A stretch of DNA of 32,000 bases from Candidatus Saccharibacteria bacterium oral taxon 488 (lineage in GTDB: Bacteria; Patescibacteriota; Saccharimonadia; Saccharimonadales; Saccharimonadaceae), in contig CP047921.1 in NCBI GenBank assembly GCA_010202845.1, forward strand, positions 360,001-392,000, written 5' to 3'. Positions 1 through 7,716 of the stretch are shown here, in pieces. The notes under the pieces are model-generated. The model made no database searches, was not told the origin of the DNA, and saw only the letters and a program-made list of their open reading frames with translations. Numbering within the stretch: the stretch's first letter is position 1; the number at the start of each line of letters is the position of its first letter. A program made the translations under genes and the position numbers.

Positions 1-25
1 ATGACACGCCATTGTGCCATCTCAG

Positions 26-96
26 TGGATGTGACGGGACTTGAACCCGCAAGGCGCATCGGTTTTTAAGACCTTGCCTTCTTACCTAGCACACCC
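26..96 (-). ncRNA. Alternative reading: a self-contained 71-nt tRNA-like domain
   Basis: GGGTGTG (90-96) pairs 7/7 with CACATCC (27-33), including G3:U70. AAGGC/GCCTT closes a 20-nt loop next to the T arm. No D arm or anticodon arm can be drawn, so this is not a canonical tRNA. Confidence 0.35.
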
Positions 97-381
97 TGTG
101 ATTCTTTTCCGGATTACCGGTCGGCGAATCAAGCCGGGGGCGGACGGACGCCCTTTTGCTGACGCGGGGTCAGCGGGTTTCGGGGTCGCACAAACCCCGA
201 CCGTCACAATATAATAGCTAGTTCATCTTACCACACGCGTGGCAAGCCCACGAGTTTCCCCGTGGGACCGAGCTAATGTTATTTTTCTGGGAGCAGTGCT
301 TACACCGCACCCAGATTGGGTTCGTCCAGCCTGACGCACTAGACGAGCCTTCGTAGTTGCCGAACAAGGGTTTTCACCCCC
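26..381 (-). ncRNA. Candidate tmRNA (ssrA-like) structured RNA with a 3' tRNA-like domain
   Basis: On the minus strand there is a T arm GCGGG-TTCAAGT-CCCGT (34-50). It is followed by the acceptor 3' strand CACATCC (27-33) and discriminator A (26); CCA is not encoded. A distal 5' strand GGGGGTG (375-381) pairs 6/7 and includes G3:U70. A P2-like helix AAGGCTCGTC (342-351) pairs 9/10 with GATGCGCCTT (51-60), which abuts the T stem. Total length is 356 nt. An A-rich single-stranded stretch lies about 100 nt from the 5' end, and several GC hairpins follow. No canonical ...ALAA tag frame was found. Confidence 0.5.
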
Positions 382-401
382 TCCCCGCCGCGGTTGCGGC
401 G

Positions 402-495
402 ATAGAAAAGAGCTAATCCTCTTATCAGACCATGCCTTTGTGCGAAGCATAGTCAGGGCTTGGTATTATTCGCAATACCTCGCCAGTATTAGCTC
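402..495 (-). promoter_or_regulatory. Leader hairpin plus U-tract downstream of cassette copy 1 (attenuator or short RNA)
   Basis: GAGCTAAT (488-495 in reverse complement) pairs with ATTAGCTC (410-417 in reverse complement), enclosing about 70 nt that contain inner hairpins such as GGTATT/AATACC. TTTTCTAT follows immediately on the minus strand. Confidence 0.4.
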
Positions 496-515
496 CGTGA
501 ACAAAAGCAAGTATA

Positions 516-557
516 TATATATCAATAATAGCAAGCCATGTCAATAGTTTTTGTCAA
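516..557 (-). promoter_or_regulatory. Promoter cassette copy 1
   Basis: Minus strand reads TTGACA (552-557), 7 nt, TTGACA (539-544), 17-nt spacer ending in TGA, then TATATA (516-521). The cassette starts 7 nt after the helicase stop codon. Confidence 0.7.
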
Positions 558-563
558 GATTAC

Positions 564-3500
564 CTACGCTACCTCTGTTAATAAATCCTCCTCAAACTGC
601 AGCATCCCCTTATAATCCGCTGAATACCCAGAGATATCCGGTAGTTCCAGCATGGTGATTTTCCGCCAGACGACATTGATTAGCCGGGCAAATTCAGCCA
701 ATTCCTCCTTAGAGAACGTGTCCTCCAGGCTGAGGATGCCGCCAGTTTTCATGTCCGGCTCGACGAATTGCAGGCGGGCGCCGGTGAAGGTGAAATTGCC
801 ATAATCGCGTGATGACGTGACTAAGAGTTGATAAAACATCAGCTGCTGGCGGTATTTGTGGAGCTTGATTCTTTCGTAATCAGACGCGCCCTTCCAGGAG
901 TGCGATGGCTTGCCGGTCTTGTAATCGGTCACGAATATGGTTTTATTATTCTTATCAATATCAGCGACGTCCAGCTTGCCGGTCAGGCGCGCGCCGCTAA
1001 CGACGACGCCTTGATGAGCGAAATCGAGTTCCGCGAGCTCCGTGTCACGAAAATCAGACGATTTGGCGTCCAGAAACGCCGTCAGCGCCGCCGTGCCTTT
1101 GTCTAGATATAGCTCGAAATCGTCGGGCAGCAGGTGCTGGGTCTCGAGCGATGTGCGGAAATGTTGGAGGATGCGCTCGGCAGGCGGCAGGCGGTGGTCA
1201 GCGCCTAGCAGATTGTGCAGCTGCTGGAGACTGGCGTGAATGGCGGTGCCGTAGCTGGCGGCGGGATTTTTGGCGGACGGAAAGCGCAGCAGATTATTCA
1301 ACAAAAAGTTCTGCGGGCCGCCGCGCGAGACGTCGAGGAAGTTATTCAGATGCGTAATGGAAAGTTTGTAGGTTTCTAAGGTCGGCGCTAGTACATCCTT
1401 GAGCTCCGCGGTAATCGGCGCGCTCAGCCGCGTGCTCCAGTCGGTTTGCGCCATAGTGATTTGCGCCGCGGGCGTGTCGGCGGCGGGGATAATCGTCGGT
1501 GTGTGGGCGGTCAGGAAGCTGGCGATCATGGTGTCGCTACCGGCGTCGTTGGTCTGGGAATAGGTCATGGTCAGGGTGGTCTTGGCGCGGGTCATCGCTA
1601 CGAAAAATAGCCGCAGCCGCTCGTCGTAGCTGGCGCCGGCGGGCTGGAGCTGGAGGTTGGCGGGATAGCGAATCAGCCGCGAGCGCGAGCGGACTTTCTC
1701 GCCCCACGCGCTGTCGATTGCCCCAATGACGAAAACGTGCGGGAACTCCAGGCCTTTGGATTTGTGGGCGGTCATCAGGTTGATGGCGCCACCGAGGGTG
1801 CTGGCCTGGGGACGGATGTATGTCAGGCGGGTTTTGGTCGAGCGGTGCAGGTCGATGAACTCTAAAAAGTCCGCCAGCGTCGGTATTGCGTCGGTGACGC
1901 GGTCGCGTAATTTTTGGCGCAGTGTGCGCAGGCTCTCGAGCGTGGTTAGATAGGCGTCGGGGTTTTGGGCGAGGTTATCGGGCGAGAAGTAGTGGGCGGC
2001 GAGAGAGGCGGGCGAGGAGCTTTCCTCAAAGCTCCGTACAGCGATTGCAGCCCGAGCGTCCCTGGACGCCCGGCGCGTAAAGAGGAGCTTTGAGGAAAGT
2101 TCCTCGCCGGTTGATTGCAATCGCTGTACGGAGTCGATTGGAGTAATTCCGGCGTCTATCTCCAATCCCAACAACTTGTCCAACTGCTCCTCCAGCGGCA
2201 GATTTGGTACGTCCTTTGCCCGCTCCAGCAGCCACTCGCCAAACGGCCGAAAGGTGCTGTTCGCCAGCATACTCTCCAGCCACAGCTGCCGATTTTTATA
2301 GGCATGGAGGCTGAGCTGCCAGATATCCAGCGCCGAAAAGCCGAACGCCGGATGAGCGATGAACTCTGGCAGCAGGCTGTTAGCGACATCGAGATTATTC
2401 TGATGAATCGCCACGACGACCCGCGCCAGCTTGTCCAGCGCCTGAATGATATCTTGCTCTAAAATATCGTCGTGCCGCTCGTAATTGACAGCCAGATTCT
2501 GGCGGTACAGATATGGCAGCAGCTCGATCAGCTCCTTGTGATGGCGGGCGATGACGGTGATGTGCGCTGGGTCTTCGCCGCGTTTGATCAGTTCGGCAAT
2601 TTGCCGGGCCACCCCTGCCCGTTCCTCGCTTACCGAGGCAAATTCCTGGATTTCAACCCGCGCGCCGCTACCAGACGCGTGCGCGGTCAATTGCTTTGAC
2701 AAGCCGTCAATGGTGTTTTCTAAGCGATCCATCCCTTGGGTGATCACTCCGCGCGCCGCCGTCAAGATGTCAGCCGCCGAGCGGTAATTATCCGCCAGCA
2801 CGATGATTTTCGGATCGTGGTACTGCTGGCGGAAGCGCTGGATATTGCCAACATCGGCGCCTTGAAAACTGAAAATCGCCTGATCATCGTCGCCGACAGC
2901 CATGATGTTGGGATTGTCCTCATCGCCAGTCAGGTCAAATAACAGACGCAGCTGCGCCAGGTTGGTGTCCTGAAATTCGTCGACCATGATGAATTGATAT
3001 TGCTCCTGGAGGTTGGCGCGCAGTTCGGGGTGGGACTCGCAGGCTTGAATGACGGACAAAATCATGTCGTCGTAATCAAACAGCGAGCGCTCGGCCAGCA
3101 CGTCACCATATGCTTCGTAGACGTCAATGGCGGCGGATAGTTTCTCGCTGGCGGCAAAATCTTTCAGGATGAACTCGCCGGCGGCGTTCTTTTCGCACCA
3201 CTTGTTTTTCCAAGCGGTCAGCGGCTTGGTGGAGTTGGCGTCGATGGCCTCTTGGGCCGCGTGAGCGATGCTGAGCGCCAGAACTTGGGCGTACGGGGTG
3301 ATGGAGGACGGCAAATTGGCAGAGGTTTGGGCGGTGATCGCAGTGTTATTTGGCGCTGAGCTGGCGGTATCTCCAGAGGGTTCTGTGATGCCTCCCTCGC
3401 CGATTCTCTCGGCAATCTTCTCTGCCAGCGGCGCAAATAACTCAACGGTTTTTTTAGAAATCTTGGCCGCAAATACCTGCTGAATGTCGGAGGCAATGCC

Positions 3501-4037
3501 AGCGATGACACGCTGATTATCCGCCGTAATCGCCCGCAGTTCCGCCGGCGTGAGGCCGCTCTGCTTGAACTCAGAAATAACTCGGATTAGCTCGCTAGTG
3601 TAGACGAACTCGCCGTTGTTTTTAACGCTCAGCGGATTACGCCAATCAAGTCCCTCGAGAATTTCCGTCACAATTTGGTGCTGCGTCAGCTCATCCGCCG
3701 GCTGAGCGTCAGCGCCGTGAAAAAAATACTGCCGGTGCTGATTGATAATCTCCGTGCCGAAGCTGTGAAAGGTGTGAATGGCGATTTTATAAGCGTCCTC
3801 GCCGATGATCTGGCGCAGGCGCAGGCGCATGTTGGCGGCGCCGCTCTCGGTAAATGTCAGGCACAAAATACTGTCCGGCAGCGTGTCAGTCTGGCGCAAA
3901 ATCTGGGCGGTGCGCATGCTCAGCAGCTCGGTCTTGCCCGTACCCGGCCCGGCGATCACCAGGAGCGAGCCGTGAATATAGTCAACTGCCTGGCGCTGAT
4001 TGGCGTTCAGCTTGGCGTAGCGAGTTTGAAAATCCAT
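564..4037 (-). CDS. UvrD/PcrA-family helicase fused to a C-terminal PD-(D/E)xK (RecB-type) nuclease
   Basis: ORF of 1157 aa. Walker A motif is AGPGTGKT near the N terminus, and UvrD-type motifs are present (DEFQDT, VGDDDQAIFSFQGA). The C terminus carries GKLDVADID...VTDYKTGK...QQLMFYQLL, a D / D-x-K / QxxxY nuclease signature. Confidence 0.85.
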   Translation of the reverse strand: MDFQTRYAKLNANQRQAVDYIHGSLLVIAGPGTGKTELLSMRTAQILRQTDTLPDSILCLTFTESGAANMRLRLRQIIGEDAYKIAIHTFHSFGTEIINQHRQYFFHGADAQPADELTQHQIVTEILEGLDWRNPLSVKNNGEFVYTSELIRVISEFKQSGLTPAELRAITADNQRVIAGIASDIQQVFAAKISKKTVELFAPLAEKIAERIGEGGITEPSGDTASSAPNNTAITAQTSANLPSSITPYAQVLALSIAHAAQEAIDANSTKPLTAWKNKWCEKNAAGEFILKDFAASEKLSAAIDVYEAYGDVLAERSLFDYDDMILSVIQACESHPELRANLQEQYQFIMVDEFQDTNLAQLRLLFDLTGDEDNPNIMAVGDDDQAIFSFQGADVGNIQRFRQQYHDPKIIVLADNYRSAADILTAARGVITQGMDRLENTIDGLSKQLTAHASGSGARVEIQEFASVSEERAGVARQIAELIKRGEDPAHITVIARHHKELIELLPYLYRQNLAVNYERHDDILEQDIIQALDKLARVVVAIHQNNLDVANSLLPEFIAHPAFGFSALDIWQLSLHAYKNRQLWLESMLANSTFRPFGEWLLERAKDVPNLPLEEQLDKLLGLEIDAGITPIDSVQRLQSTGEELSSKLLFTRRASRDARAAIAVRSFEESSSPASLAAHYFSPDNLAQNPDAYLTTLESLRTLRQKLRDRVTDAIPTLADFLEFIDLHRSTKTRLTYIRPQASTLGGAINLMTAHKSKGLEFPHVFVIGAIDSAWGEKVRSRSRLIRYPANLQLQPAGASYDERLRLFFVAMTRAKTTLTMTYSQTNDAGSDTMIASFLTAHTPTIIPAADTPAAQITMAQTDWSTRLSAPITAELKDVLAPTLETYKLSITHLNNFLDVSRGGPQNFLLNNLLRFPSAKNPAASYGTAIHASLQQLHNLLGADHRLPPAERILQHFRTSLETQHLLPDDFELYLDKGTAALTAFLDAKSSDFRDTELAELDFAHQGVVVSGARLTGKLDVADIDKNNKTIFVTDYKTGKPSHSWKGASDYERIKLHKYRQQLMFYQLLVTSSRDYGNFTFTGARLQFVEPDMKTGGILSLEDTFSKEELAEFARLINVVWRKITMLELPDISGYSADYKGMLQFEEDLLTEVA

Positions 4038-4043
4038 GAGTCA

Positions 4044-4052
4044 ATTGTAGCA
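4044..4052 (-). promoter_or_regulatory. Extended -10 for a leaderless helicase mRNA
   Basis: TGCTACAAT on the minus strand lies 6 nt upstream of the ATG at 4037. There is no Shine-Dalgarno sequence. Confidence 0.6.
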
Positions 4053-4076
4053 CGCTGGCACAGGCGCTGGTAACAA

Positions 4077-4085
4077 TGGTAAAAT
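4077..4085 (+). promoter_or_regulatory. Extended -10 for a leaderless 158-aa ORF
   Basis: TGGTAAAAT lies 7 nt upstream of the ATG at 4093. It is divergent from the helicase promoter. Confidence 0.55.
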
Positions 4086-4092
4086 AGTAGGT

Positions 4093-4569
4093 ATGCACGA
4101 TGAACGGGCACTCGCGGCGCTGATTGATGATCAGTTTGGACTGACGGTCGAGATCCAGTCGGTTGTGCTGCCGATGAGCGATGTCAGCCGTACGGCGCAG
4201 GCGACGGTGGTGCTTGATAGGACGGGTGAATTGTTGGCTTACATCACAGCGCGGGCCATCATGACGCTGGGCGATGTCAAGCGGTTGGTACGGCGAATGG
4301 GCTTGCGGCCAGAGCGATTCGTACCGCCAAAGCACCAGCCGAATTACTTTGACGATGTGGCGACCGAGAAGTTTCAGGCGGTTTTTCCGGGGATGAATGT
4401 GACTTCGCCGGATGACTTGATATATTATCGGACGCTGGTGTCGTATAATCCAGCCCTGGTCGTCATATCAGAGGTCAAGCGCGGCGAAATATATCAATTT
4501 GACCCGGACGCTCGCGGCGGCTATCGTGTCGGCGCGCGATTACATTACAAAAGGAGCGAGGCAATATAA
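4093..4569 (+). CDS. Hypothetical protein (158 aa), translationally coupled to the P-type ATPase
   Basis: Intact ORF with a leaderless-type promoter. Its TAA stop overlaps the ATPase ATG (TAATG at 4567-4571). I recognise no motif. Confidence 0.6.
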   Translation: MHDERALAALIDDQFGLTVEIQSVVLPMSDVSRTAQATVVLDRTGELLAYITARAIMTLGDVKRLVRRMGLRPERFVPPKHQPNYFDDVATEKFQAVFPGMNVTSPDDLIYYRTLVSYNPALVVISEVKRGEIYQFDPDARGGYRVGARLHYKRSEAI

Positions 4570-7016
4570 TGCGAGATTATCTGGATATTATCAAGAGAAA
4601 TTTACTGTCGCCGATTGTGCTGGCGATTTTCTTGCTGGCCGGGGCGCTGATTTATGTGCGTGAGTACCGGGACGCTTGGTTTATCTCGGTGGTGATCGTG
4701 GTCAATTCGCTGATCGGCATCGTTCAGGAAATTCGTGCCAAGCGGGTGCTGCATCGGCTGGAGCTGATGAGCGCGCCTCGGGCGCGGGTGCTGCGTGATA
4801 GCCAGGCGGTGGAGGTGCCGTATGATTCGCTGGCGGTTGGCGATGAGATTATCCTACAGGCTGGCGATGAGCTGCCGGCGGACGCGGCAGTGACGGTGTC
4901 GAAGGGCTTGGAACTGAATGAAAGCATGCTAACTGGCGAGTCGGCGGCGGTTGAGAAAGCGGTTGGCGATACGGTGCTGGCGGCGACCACGGTACTGGCG
5001 GGCGAAGGTACGGCGCGGGTCACGGCGGTCGGCGACCAGACGAAGGCCGGCGCCATCAGCCAAGTCCTCAAGCGCTACAAACCGGAATTGACACCGCTGC
5101 AGGTGGCGATTTGGCGAGCAATCACCTTCTTGACATACGGCGCAATTGTGTTAGCGATATTGATTTTTACCGTGTATTATTTCTCGGGCGATGACGTGGT
5201 GATTATCCTCAAGACGATTACTTCGGCGGCGGTAACGGTGGTGCCAGAGGGGCTGCTGCTGGCTAGTTCCCTGCTGCTGGCGTTCGGCTCGCTGCGGCTG
5301 GCGCAGGCCAAGGTGCTGCCGCAGAAATTGGCTGCGATTGAGGCAATGGCGCTGCTGAATTTGCTAGCGGTGGACAAGACCGGCACGCTGACCAGCGACG
5401 AGGTGACGCTGGAGCGGGTGGTGGCGTTTGATGAGATGATGCCGGCAAATTCGATCACGGATACCTCAGAAAAATCCGCATCCCAAGCGACCGCAGACAG
5501 CCCAGCGTGTAGATTTTCGGAGATAAAACTATCTGAAGCTGCTTCGGACGTTGCCGAGCTAGCTGCCCTCGTTGCCCATGAAACCAGCGGCGGCAATATC
5601 ACCGGGCAAGCGATCCTCGCAGAAATCACGCCGCCCAAGCACGCGGAAATCATCAAGGTAATGGCTTTTTCTTCGGCGCGCAAGATGGCGGGCGTTCGGG
5701 CCAAGGTCGACGGCACGGTGCGGACACTGATGATGGGGGCGCCGGAGTTTGTAGCTAAATTAGCGCCGGTTGACGCTATGACGCAGCGCCAGCTGGACGA
5801 GTGGGCGGACAGCGGACTCAGGGTGCTGATGCTGGCGGAATTTGATGATGAAACGACGAAATTAAAGGATTTGCCAGATAGTTCTGGGCGGGCGATTGGC
5901 GCGGTGATTTTGCGTAATTCCCTGCGCGACGGCGTGATTGATACGGTCAAGTTCCTCCAGGAGCAAGGCGTGGTCATTCGCGTGATTTCCGGCGATAATC
6001 CGCGCACTGTTCGGCACATCGCGCGCCAGGTGGGTATCGCCAACCCAGATAAGGCCATCCTCGGCTCGGCGCTGGCGGGTCTCAGCGACAAGGCTTTTAA
6101 CAAGGCGGCTGATGAACACACAATTTTTGCCCGCGTGCTGCCAGAGCAAAAGGAGCGGCTGATCGCTCATTTCAAGCAGTCCGGCAAGTTCACCGGCATG
6201 GTCGGCGACGGCGTCAACGATGCGCTGGCGCTGAAAAAATCCGACCTCGGCGTGGCGATGTATGCGGGTGCTCCGGCGTCGCGGCGGGTGGCGGACATAA
6301 TTTTACTCAACAATTCGTTCACGTCCCTGCCGATCGGTATGAAGCTGGGTAATCGGATTATGCAAGCGATTGAAGTGATTGCTACCCTGTTCTTTCACAA
6401 GATTATTTACGGCGTGGTGTTGCTACTCAGTACCATGCTGGTCGGGCTGAATTATCCGTACGCGCCGCGACACATCACCTTTCTCAATATTTTCCTGGTG
6501 ACCATGCCGACGATTATGTGGACGCTGTTTCCGCCGCGTCCGCGCCATCGGGTCAATCCGGCGTATTTCTGGCGAGACACCCTGCAGGCGGTGGCGCCAA
6601 TCGCGCTACTAACGGGCCTGACGGTGGCCTTTACCTATTGGTCGGGTGTGACGCTGCATCCACATCAAGCGGCCGAGGCAGCGACGATGACGGTTCTGAC
6701 AGCCACGTTCTTTGGGATTTATCTGGTGTTTTTGGTCGGGCCGATGCTCGGCGTAGTCCTCGACAAGCGGGCGCACCTGGCGCGGACGCTGTATATGGCG
6801 GGGGTGCTGTTCGTGACCTTGGTGAGCTTTGGTATCGAGCCACTCAGGCAGTTCTTTGACTTTACTATGCCAAATATCACCCTGCTCTGGCCGGGCATCG
6901 CCGTAGTCGTTCCCGTCGCCCTGGCCCAGTGGTGGCTGGCTCGCCGTGCTGGTCGGAAGTTCGCTGATATGGTAGAGGCGGCCGACGAGCGGACGAAGAC
7001 GAACCGCCCAGAATGA
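4569..7016 (+). CDS. Cation-transporting P-type ATPase
   Basis: 815 aa with TGES (MLTGESAAVEK), the phosphorylation motif DKTGTLT, the hinge motif GDGVNDALALKKSDLGVAM, and multiple transmembrane segments at both ends. Confidence 0.9.
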   Translation: MRDYLDIIKRNLLSPIVLAIFLLAGALIYVREYRDAWFISVVIVVNSLIGIVQEIRAKRVLHRLELMSAPRARVLRDSQAVEVPYDSLAVGDEIILQAGDELPADAAVTVSKGLELNESMLTGESAAVEKAVGDTVLAATTVLAGEGTARVTAVGDQTKAGAISQVLKRYKPELTPLQVAIWRAITFLTYGAIVLAILIFTVYYFSGDDVVIILKTITSAAVTVVPEGLLLASSLLLAFGSLRLAQAKVLPQKLAAIEAMALLNLLAVDKTGTLTSDEVTLERVVAFDEMMPANSITDTSEKSASQATADSPACRFSEIKLSEAASDVAELAALVAHETSGGNITGQAILAEITPPKHAEIIKVMAFSSARKMAGVRAKVDGTVRTLMMGAPEFVAKLAPVDAMTQRQLDEWADSGLRVLMLAEFDDETTKLKDLPDSSGRAIGAVILRNSLRDGVIDTVKFLQEQGVVIRVISGDNPRTVRHIARQVGIANPDKAILGSALAGLSDKAFNKAADEHTIFARVLPEQKERLIAHFKQSGKFTGMVGDGVNDALALKKSDLGVAMYAGAPASRRVADIILLNNSFTSLPIGMKLGNRIMQAIEVIATLFFHKIIYGVVLLLSTMLVGLNYPYAPRHITFLNIFLVTMPTIMWTLFPPRPRHRVNPAYFWRDTLQAVAPIALLTGLTVAFTYWSGVTLHPHQAAEAATMTVLTATFFGIYLVFLVGPMLGVVLDKRAHLARTLYMAGVLFVTLVSFGIEPLRQFFDFTMPNITLLWPGIAVVVPVALAQWWLARRAGRKFADMVEAADERTKTNRPE

Positions 7017-7060
7017 GCGGGCGAATAGGTCTCTAATTAGTAACACAACTATCTCCAATG

Positions 7061-7170
7061 AAAATAGCCCACCGAATGAGCTCAAGCTGTATGCGGGTTT
7101 ATTCAACCCGAGAGATAGAAATCCTACCTCAATCAGATTGAGCGCATACGGCGGGCTATTTTCGGTGGGC
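7061..7170. terminator. Complex inverted-repeat structure in a convergent intergenic region
   Basis: AAAATAGCCCACCGAA (7061-7076) faces GGGCTATTTTCGGTGGGC (7153-7170). Together they enclose GTATGCG/CGCATAC (7089-95/7143-49) and two inner hairpins, GGTT/AACC and CTCAAT/ATTGAG. On the minus strand the outer stem is followed by CTATTTTC. Confidence 0.45.
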
Positions 7171-7190
7171 GTTTAGCCCATTGGTTTAGT

Positions 7191-7469
7191 TTAAGAGATC
7201 TTCCTCCTCCCATATTCAATTCTCCCAAAGAGAGACCACACGAGCAGGACCACGACGGCCACCTCCCCCGCTACGAGGAATGCCAGGGTCTCTTGGCCCC
7301 ATCGATACTTGCCCTCGACACCGATCACCCATCCCGTAACATGGGTGACGATGGTGGCCACGTACAGCAGCGCCCCGGCCCAGAATGGGCCGGCCTGCAT
7401 CACCACCGCGGCGACGACGGGAAGAATGATGACAAAAGAGATGAGAGCGATGATCTGCCAGCTGTTCAC
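7191..7469 (-). CDS. Small membrane protein (92 aa, about 3 transmembrane segments), hypothetical
   Basis: GTG start preceded by GGAAAGGA 7 nt upstream. Three hydrophobic stretches. Driven by cassette copy 2. Confidence 0.6.
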   Translation of the reverse strand: MNSWQIIALISFVIILPVVAAVVMQAGPFWAGALLYVATIVTHVTGWVIGVEGKYRWGQETLAFLVAGEVAVVVLLVWSLFGRIEYGRRKIS

Positions 7470-7485
7470 GGTAGATCCTTTCCGA

Positions 7486-7540
7486 GAAAAAGCTCAAAGC
7501 TAAAGGGCGACTTCCGCCCTTAAGACTATAGCCTTGAGCT
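7486..7540 (-). promoter_or_regulatory. Leader hairpin plus U-tract downstream of cassette copy 2
   Basis: Minus strand reads AGCTCAAGGCTA...AGGGCG-GAAGT-CGCCCT...TAGCTTTGAGCT, followed by TTTTTCT. It begins about 5 nt after the predicted transcription start and lies upstream of the RBS. Confidence 0.45.
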
Positions 7541-7545
7541 AGAAG

Positions 7546-7663
7546 CTGATATATATATCACTAATAGAATAAAATGTCAATGGGTTTTGTCAAAAATGTG
7601 ATATAATATCTTCTCTCACCCCTGTTATGATCATGGACAACTTTTTATAGAAAATAGTAACCG
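7546..7663 (-). repeat. Intergenic repeat copy A (about 118 nt) containing cassette 2
   Basis: Aligns by eye with 9042-9148. Shared blocks are GGTTACTAT, GATCrTAA, GGGGTGAnAGAA, ATATTAyAyCACATT, the tandem TTGAC boxes, TGATATATAT and CAGC. Confidence 0.75.
7552..7593 (-). promoter_or_regulatory. Promoter cassette copy 2
   Basis: TTGACA (7588-7593), 7 nt, TTGACA (7575-7580), 17-nt spacer ending in TGA, then TATATA (7552-7557). Confidence 0.7.
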
Positions 7664-7716
7664 GTGTTTTCTGTGAGTGGCCGCCCCGCTCTCCCCGCGC
7701 TATGCTGGGTCGCTAA

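Noticed and set aside
26-96. Canonical tRNA (tRNA-Ala suggested by G3:U70; a TAA triplet in a loop suggested Leu)
   Set aside because: The acceptor and T arm are good. But the 39 nt in between cannot form a D arm and a 5-bp anticodon stem with a 7-nt loop in any register I tried.
60-420. RNase P RNA, because of CAGGGTGTGCTAGGTAAG, GGGTGCGGTGTAAGCAC and CCCCGGCTTGA, which resemble conserved rnpB blocks
   Set aside because: The universal GAGGAAAGUCC block is absent. The order of the look-alike blocks is also wrong for rnpB.
223-450. 75-aa minus-strand ORF from the track
   Set aside because: It lies entirely inside the structured tmRNA-like RNA. It is Arg/Gly-rich with an implausible composition and has no Shine-Dalgarno or leaderless -10. 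Its frame is only mentioned as one candidate tag frame.
511-521. (AT)n microsatellite-like runs at 511-521, 7549-7558 and 9046-9053
   Set aside because: They sit at a fixed 17-bp distance from TTGACA boxes, so they are better explained as the -10 element of the cassette than as slippage repeats.
5177-6121. 314-aa antisense ORF inside the P-type ATPase gene, plus other antisense ORFs (21952-22548, 22555-22974, 30909-31640, 828-1106 and others)
   Set aside because: They are antisense to strongly supported genes, have low-complexity Ser/Ala/Arg-rich compositions, and have no promoter or RBS. These are typical shadow ORFs.
7599-7607. Plus-strand extended -10 (TGATATAAT) inside repeat copy A, with a TGGTGTAAT counterpart at 9094-9102 in copy B
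   Set aside because: No plus-strand gene follows either site; both would run antisense into the 3' end of the neighbouring minus-strand gene. It could explain the extra conservation of the repeat, but the sequence alone does not support that.
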